Below, piece by piece: positions 63,228-64,000 of a stretch of DNA of 64,000 bases. Within the stretch, counting starts at the first letter, position 1, and every line of letters begins with the position of its first letter. The stretch spans positions 18,848,001 through 18,912,000 of the forward strand of contig NC_043005.1 of NCBI RefSeq assembly GCF_006345805.1, in the 5' to 3' direction. The notes beneath the pieces are model-generated. The model searched no databases, was not told where the DNA came from, and was given only the letters and a program-made list of their open reading frames with translations. Origin of the DNA: Octopus sinensis. Its lineage: Eukaryota. A program made the position numbers and the translations under genes.

Positions 63228-63620
63228 AAAAAAAAATGCTTTCTAATTGATGTATCAGTACCGGCAGATGACAACGTGTCTCTAAAAGAAATGGAGAAAC
63301 TCTCAAAATACAAAGACCTGGAAATAGAGGTAACTAGAATGTGGAATCTGAAAACAGAAACAATTCCTATCATAGTAGGTGCATTAGGCATGATAAAAAA
63401 AATTCAGACAAATACATAACAAAAACACCAGGACTTACAAACACATATAACATACAGAAAATTGCACTACTAGGCACTGCACACATCCTACGCAGAACAC
63501 TTTCCATACAATAACCATCAGAGCATCACAACAAATCACAGCACATACCCAAGGCACACAGAGCTGCGCTCGGTAGTGAAGTGAAAGCACGCTATAAAAA
63601 TAAAAATAAAACTACTGAAT
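63228..63620 (+). mobile_element. Young 5'-truncated R4/Dong-like 3' end in an (AAT)n array
   Basis: CFLIDVSVPADDNVSLKEMEKLSKYKDLEIEVTRMW...IPIIVGALG...QKIALLGTAHILRRTLSIQ*; (AAT)n on both sides. Confidence 0.92.
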
Positions 63621-63636
63621 AATAATAATAATAATC

Positions 63637-63698
<62 letters not shown>

Positions 63699-63701
<3 letters not shown>

Positions 63702-64000
63702 CTTTTTTTACTCTCTTTTACGTGTCTCAGTCATTTGACTGTGGCCATGCTGGAGCAACACCTTTAGTCGAGCAAATCGACCCCAAGACTTATTCTTTGG
63801 AAACCTAGTATGTATTCTATCGGTCTATTTTGCCGAACCGCTAAGTTACGGAGACGTAATCACACCAGCATCCGTTGTCAAGCGATGTTGGGGGGACAAA
63901 CACAGACAAACAAACATTATACACACACATACATACATATATACATATATACGATGGGCTTCTTTCAGTTTTCGTCTACCAAATACACTCACAAGGCTTT
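63699..64000 (-). mobile_element. SINE family B (runs off the window end)
   Basis: Family tail and internal microsatellite in reverse orientation. Confidence 0.88.

Overview
Eukaryotic, AT-rich, gene-poor DNA saturated with microsatellites. The tRNA-derived SINE families and LINE types resemble those of coleoid cephalopods (octopus-like); this is an inference from pattern recognition, not a database match. No host protein-coding gene can be supported, and almost all of the ORF track is translated microsatellite. Recognisable content: (1) several R4/Dong-like RLE retrotransposon copies, usually beside (AAT)n arrays; (2) a young, 5'-truncated Tx1/L1-clade LINE in a (GATA)n array with one frameshift, extra 3'-end stubs and a 53-bp fold-back at its 5' junction; (3) a rearranged Penelope-like element (RT + GIY-YIG) and a second PLE endonuclease fragment; (4) Tc1 and mariner transposase remnants; (5) non-autonomous Helitron/Helentron-like elements; (6) at least four SINE families. 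Two results stand out. The first is a set of hammerhead-ribozyme motifs: a near-canonical type I hammerhead at 37377-37434 with a palindromic stem III, plus three families of minimal PLE-type hammerheads. The second is a 3'-tail homology linking the commonest SINE to the Tx1-like LINE. Coordinates were counted by eye, so element boundaries are approximate.
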